Assembly: GCF_001194135.2 (NCBI RefSeq)
Contig: NC_068981.1
Location: forward strand, 192,055,927-192,091,438
Source of the DNA: Octopus bimaculoides
Taxonomy: Eukaryota
DNA: 35,512 nucleotides
Direction of reading: 5' to 3'
Shown: positions 33,101-35,512 of the stretch, piece by piece
Numbering within the stretch: the stretch's first letter is position 1
Layout of the letters: each line of letters begins with the position of its first letter
Notes under the pieces: model-generated
What the model saw: the letters and a program-made list of their open reading frames with translations, nothing else
Database searches by the model: none
Told to the model about the DNA's origin: nothing
Program-made: the position numbers and the translations under genes

Positions 33101-34059
33101 TTTTTTTTTCATCTTTCACAAAAGAAAAACAGAAAAAGCACCCAATATCCTTCACATTCACCAACTGTCCAATCTATTTTACCTTACACCTACTTTCTTG
33201 TATGTCAATTAATCTCTTCTTCCATTATTTCCACTTAATCTTTATATTTTTTAATCCAAAGATGTCATTTCATTCCAACTATTTCTTTGACTGACTTCAA
33301 CAACCAATTCATGTTTTGCTCACATAGTTGTGATCAAGCATTTTTACTTCATACTTATACCACATTTGCTTTTAATTACTTTCCAATTAACAATTTTGTA
33401 GATTAGTCAATGTTTGCTTTCCAATTAGAAATAATTTTTTAGTATGATGTTTAAATTTCCTGTGCCCTGAAGCATCACTAAAATAATACAACTAACTGAA
33501 TAGTAACATCCATGGCTTTGATAATAAAAATAGTTTTGTTTATAAAAGAACTGAAATAAAATTTAACACAACAGACAAGGTATTCTAGAAGAAATTAAAA
33601 TGCAGGTAAAAATACATCACATTGTGAACAATTAACAAACAGAAATTTACTTGCGGTATTTTACAACAGAAAAGGCTGTACTAAAATAAAATATACCAGA
33701 TTCTAAGAGTAGAGAATAAATTTAGTTGAGGTATTCTACAATAGACAATATACCAACTTCTAGAGTAAATGGATAAAAATAGAATTTTTGGAGATAAAGA
33801 TAACTGACAGTTTTAATTGTGGGATAAAATCAGCAGTCTGTTTCGCTTTCTGCCCAGAAATAACTTGATAAATATATAAATAGATCAGAATATACAGCAT
33901 AACTTAAGTGCACAAGAAGTTTCTAATCTGACAAGCACATAATCAACAGAGATAAGGTAATGAGGAACAACCTCATGAGTTCATACTATACTATAAGCAT
34001 GTTGTTGAGTCCTTGGGGGATTCTACATTCTTTGGTTTATTTAACCTTGAGAACTGATA

Positions 34060-34750
34060 TGGGACCACTGAGAAATTTTCTCAAAATGGGAATCATGACA
34101 ATTTTGTTTTCAACAGCAAGAAAACAAAAAAAGACAATCATTCTGGATATCAAGAAATAATGTCAAATCCCACCACCCTAAAAATGTACAACATGTAAAT
34201 AGAATCTTCTAGATCACTACACAATCTATGAGAATCTCTTTTGAAGTAAACACATCCTAAATATAGCAAAGACTGCATAACAAAGGCTAACCTTCCCATT
34301 TGGGACAAGCAAATACTTCAGCACCCATTAGTTCTAAACACTTTACAAAGCTCAAATGACACAATGGAGTTCAGCTCTGACATCTGGAGCAGTACTGTTA
34401 CTACACCTACACACATCATAGAGCACATCCATAAAATATGGTCAGCCTAACCGATTGGCAGAATGTTGCACATCAACAAATTTCAATTTCTGACACAAAT
34501 ATGTTGGTTTCCCTTTTGCCCTATTTAATGTGACTACAGTAGCATCTGTTCTTCAGAGCTGTCTGGCTTTGTACCACCTCCATTCAAACAAACACTCCTA
34601 CTTTACTCAACTCCCTTCCTCTCATCACTCATATGATGTCCCCTCCTTAGAATGCCAAATTTCTGGAACCCCCACTACATGTTCATGTTATTCTAGTAAC
34701 CCTCAACTATTCAAAAAGGTACATTAACTACACTGATCTCATTAGCCTTA
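34060..34750 (+). pseudogene. CR1-group (CR1/L2/Crack-like) LINE RT C-terminal remnant
   Basis: Stitched motifs: FVFNSKKT; ENLF*SKHILNIAKTA*QRL; TLYKAQ..TMEFSSDIWS; YSSICSSELSGFVPPP; FWNP; PQLFKK. These match the family pattern LSWxxHIxxIAKxAxxKL / LYKAQVRPxMEYCSHIW / CSSEL / LWNxLP. Many stops and frameshifts. Confidence 0.8.
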
Positions 34751-34784
34751 GAGTGGCTGCAGAAGTAATGAGTACAGACCAAGC

Positions 34785-34865
34785 CTTTCCATGCTGACAT
34801 GGGTTGAAGAGCTTTTCAGAGACTGGGTTTTACAGGTCAGATGCCATTTCTGTTGCTAACCCCTT
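34785..34865 (-). mobile_element. Decayed RTE-tail fragment
   Basis: TTTCCATGCTGACATGGGTTG...TTTTACAGGTCAGATGCCATTTCTGTTGCTAACC. Confidence 0.6.
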
Positions 34866-35077
34866 TTAATCATTTCTTACAAATACACAGGCACACAGCA
34901 GGCTCTTCTGAAACTGGGACACATTGTAGAAAACAAAATGAATTATTTTAAAACCAAAATATTATCCCCTACCATATACTCTAGAATCTGTATAATTCCT
35001 GAACTCCTATGTACCTATTATTCTTTGAGGAATTTTTAATTCCATAAAAGACAATAAGCACAGATGCAGCTGTGAGC

Positions 35078-35268
35078 GGTACAGGTGCGGCCGTGTGTTT
35101 AAGAAACTCGCTTTCCAGCCATGTGGTTTGGGGTTTGGTCCCACTGCACAACACCTAGGGCAATTGTCTCCTGCTATAACTCTGAACATGCCAAAGCCTT
35201 GTGAATAGATTTCATAGACAGAAACTGTAAAGAAGCTCATCTATATTATACATACATCTATATTATAT
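35078..35268 (+). mobile_element. SINE head up to its central AT-rich tract, then interrupted
   Basis: GGTACAGGTGCGGCCGTGTGTTTAAG...GGTTTGGTCCCACTGC...CCAAAGCCTTGTGAATAGATTTCATAGACAGAAACTG. Confidence 0.75.
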
Positions 35269-35512
35269 ATCATCATCATCATCATCATCATCATTTAACG
35301 TCCGCTTTCAATGCTAGCATGGGTTGGATGATTTGACTGAGGACTGGTGAAACCGGATGGCAACACCAGGCTCCAGTCTGATTTGGCAGAGTTTCTACAG
35401 CTGGATGCCCTTCCTAACGCTAACCACTCAGAGAGTGTAGTGGGTGCTTTTACGTGTCACCCGCACGAAAACGGCCACGCTCGAAATGGTGTCTTTTATG
35501 TGCCACCCGCAC
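35269..35512 (-). mobile_element. Young RTE-type LINE 3' end, inverted relative to 1-316; cut by window end
   Basis: Reverse complement of 35294-35503 matches 88-297 at 207/210 positions; (ATC)n tail at 35269-35293. Confidence 0.85.

Noticed and set aside
1-35512. Polinton/Maverick, giant virus or other giant TIR element
   Set aside because: The terminal repeats are retroelement 3' ends. No polB, integrase, capsid, ATPase or any long ORF lies inside, and the interior is old host-like repeat-rich DNA.

Overview
AT-rich eukaryotic genomic DNA. The repeat families, recognised from memory rather than by search, point to Octopus; the 10-N gaps suggest a short-read assembly such as O. bimaculoides. 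The window looks intronic or intergenic. I found no host protein I can name, only a few unverified candidate exons, and nearly all ORFs in the supplied track are microsatellite, gap or repeat artefacts. What can be supported is a dense collection of transposon fossils: several tRNA-derived SINE families, many RTE-type LINE 3' ends with (GAT)n tails, RTE and CR1-group RT remnants, a near full-length decayed maT/DD37D-like Tc1-mariner transposase, a mariner end, piggyBac-type MITEs (TTAA), a hAT MITE with a perfect 8-bp TSD, a non-autonomous Helitron (A|TC...CTAG|T) and a possible Academ-like element. Both ends of the window are ~98.6% identical inverted copies of the youngest RTE-tail subfamily; the simplest explanation is assembly breakage at a high-copy repeat, not a giant transposon. 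I see no convincing novel multi-gene system. The most interesting biology is modular SINE architecture, nested insertions and dsRNA-forming inverted repeats. Coordinates of decayed repeats are approximate (about +/-10 bp).
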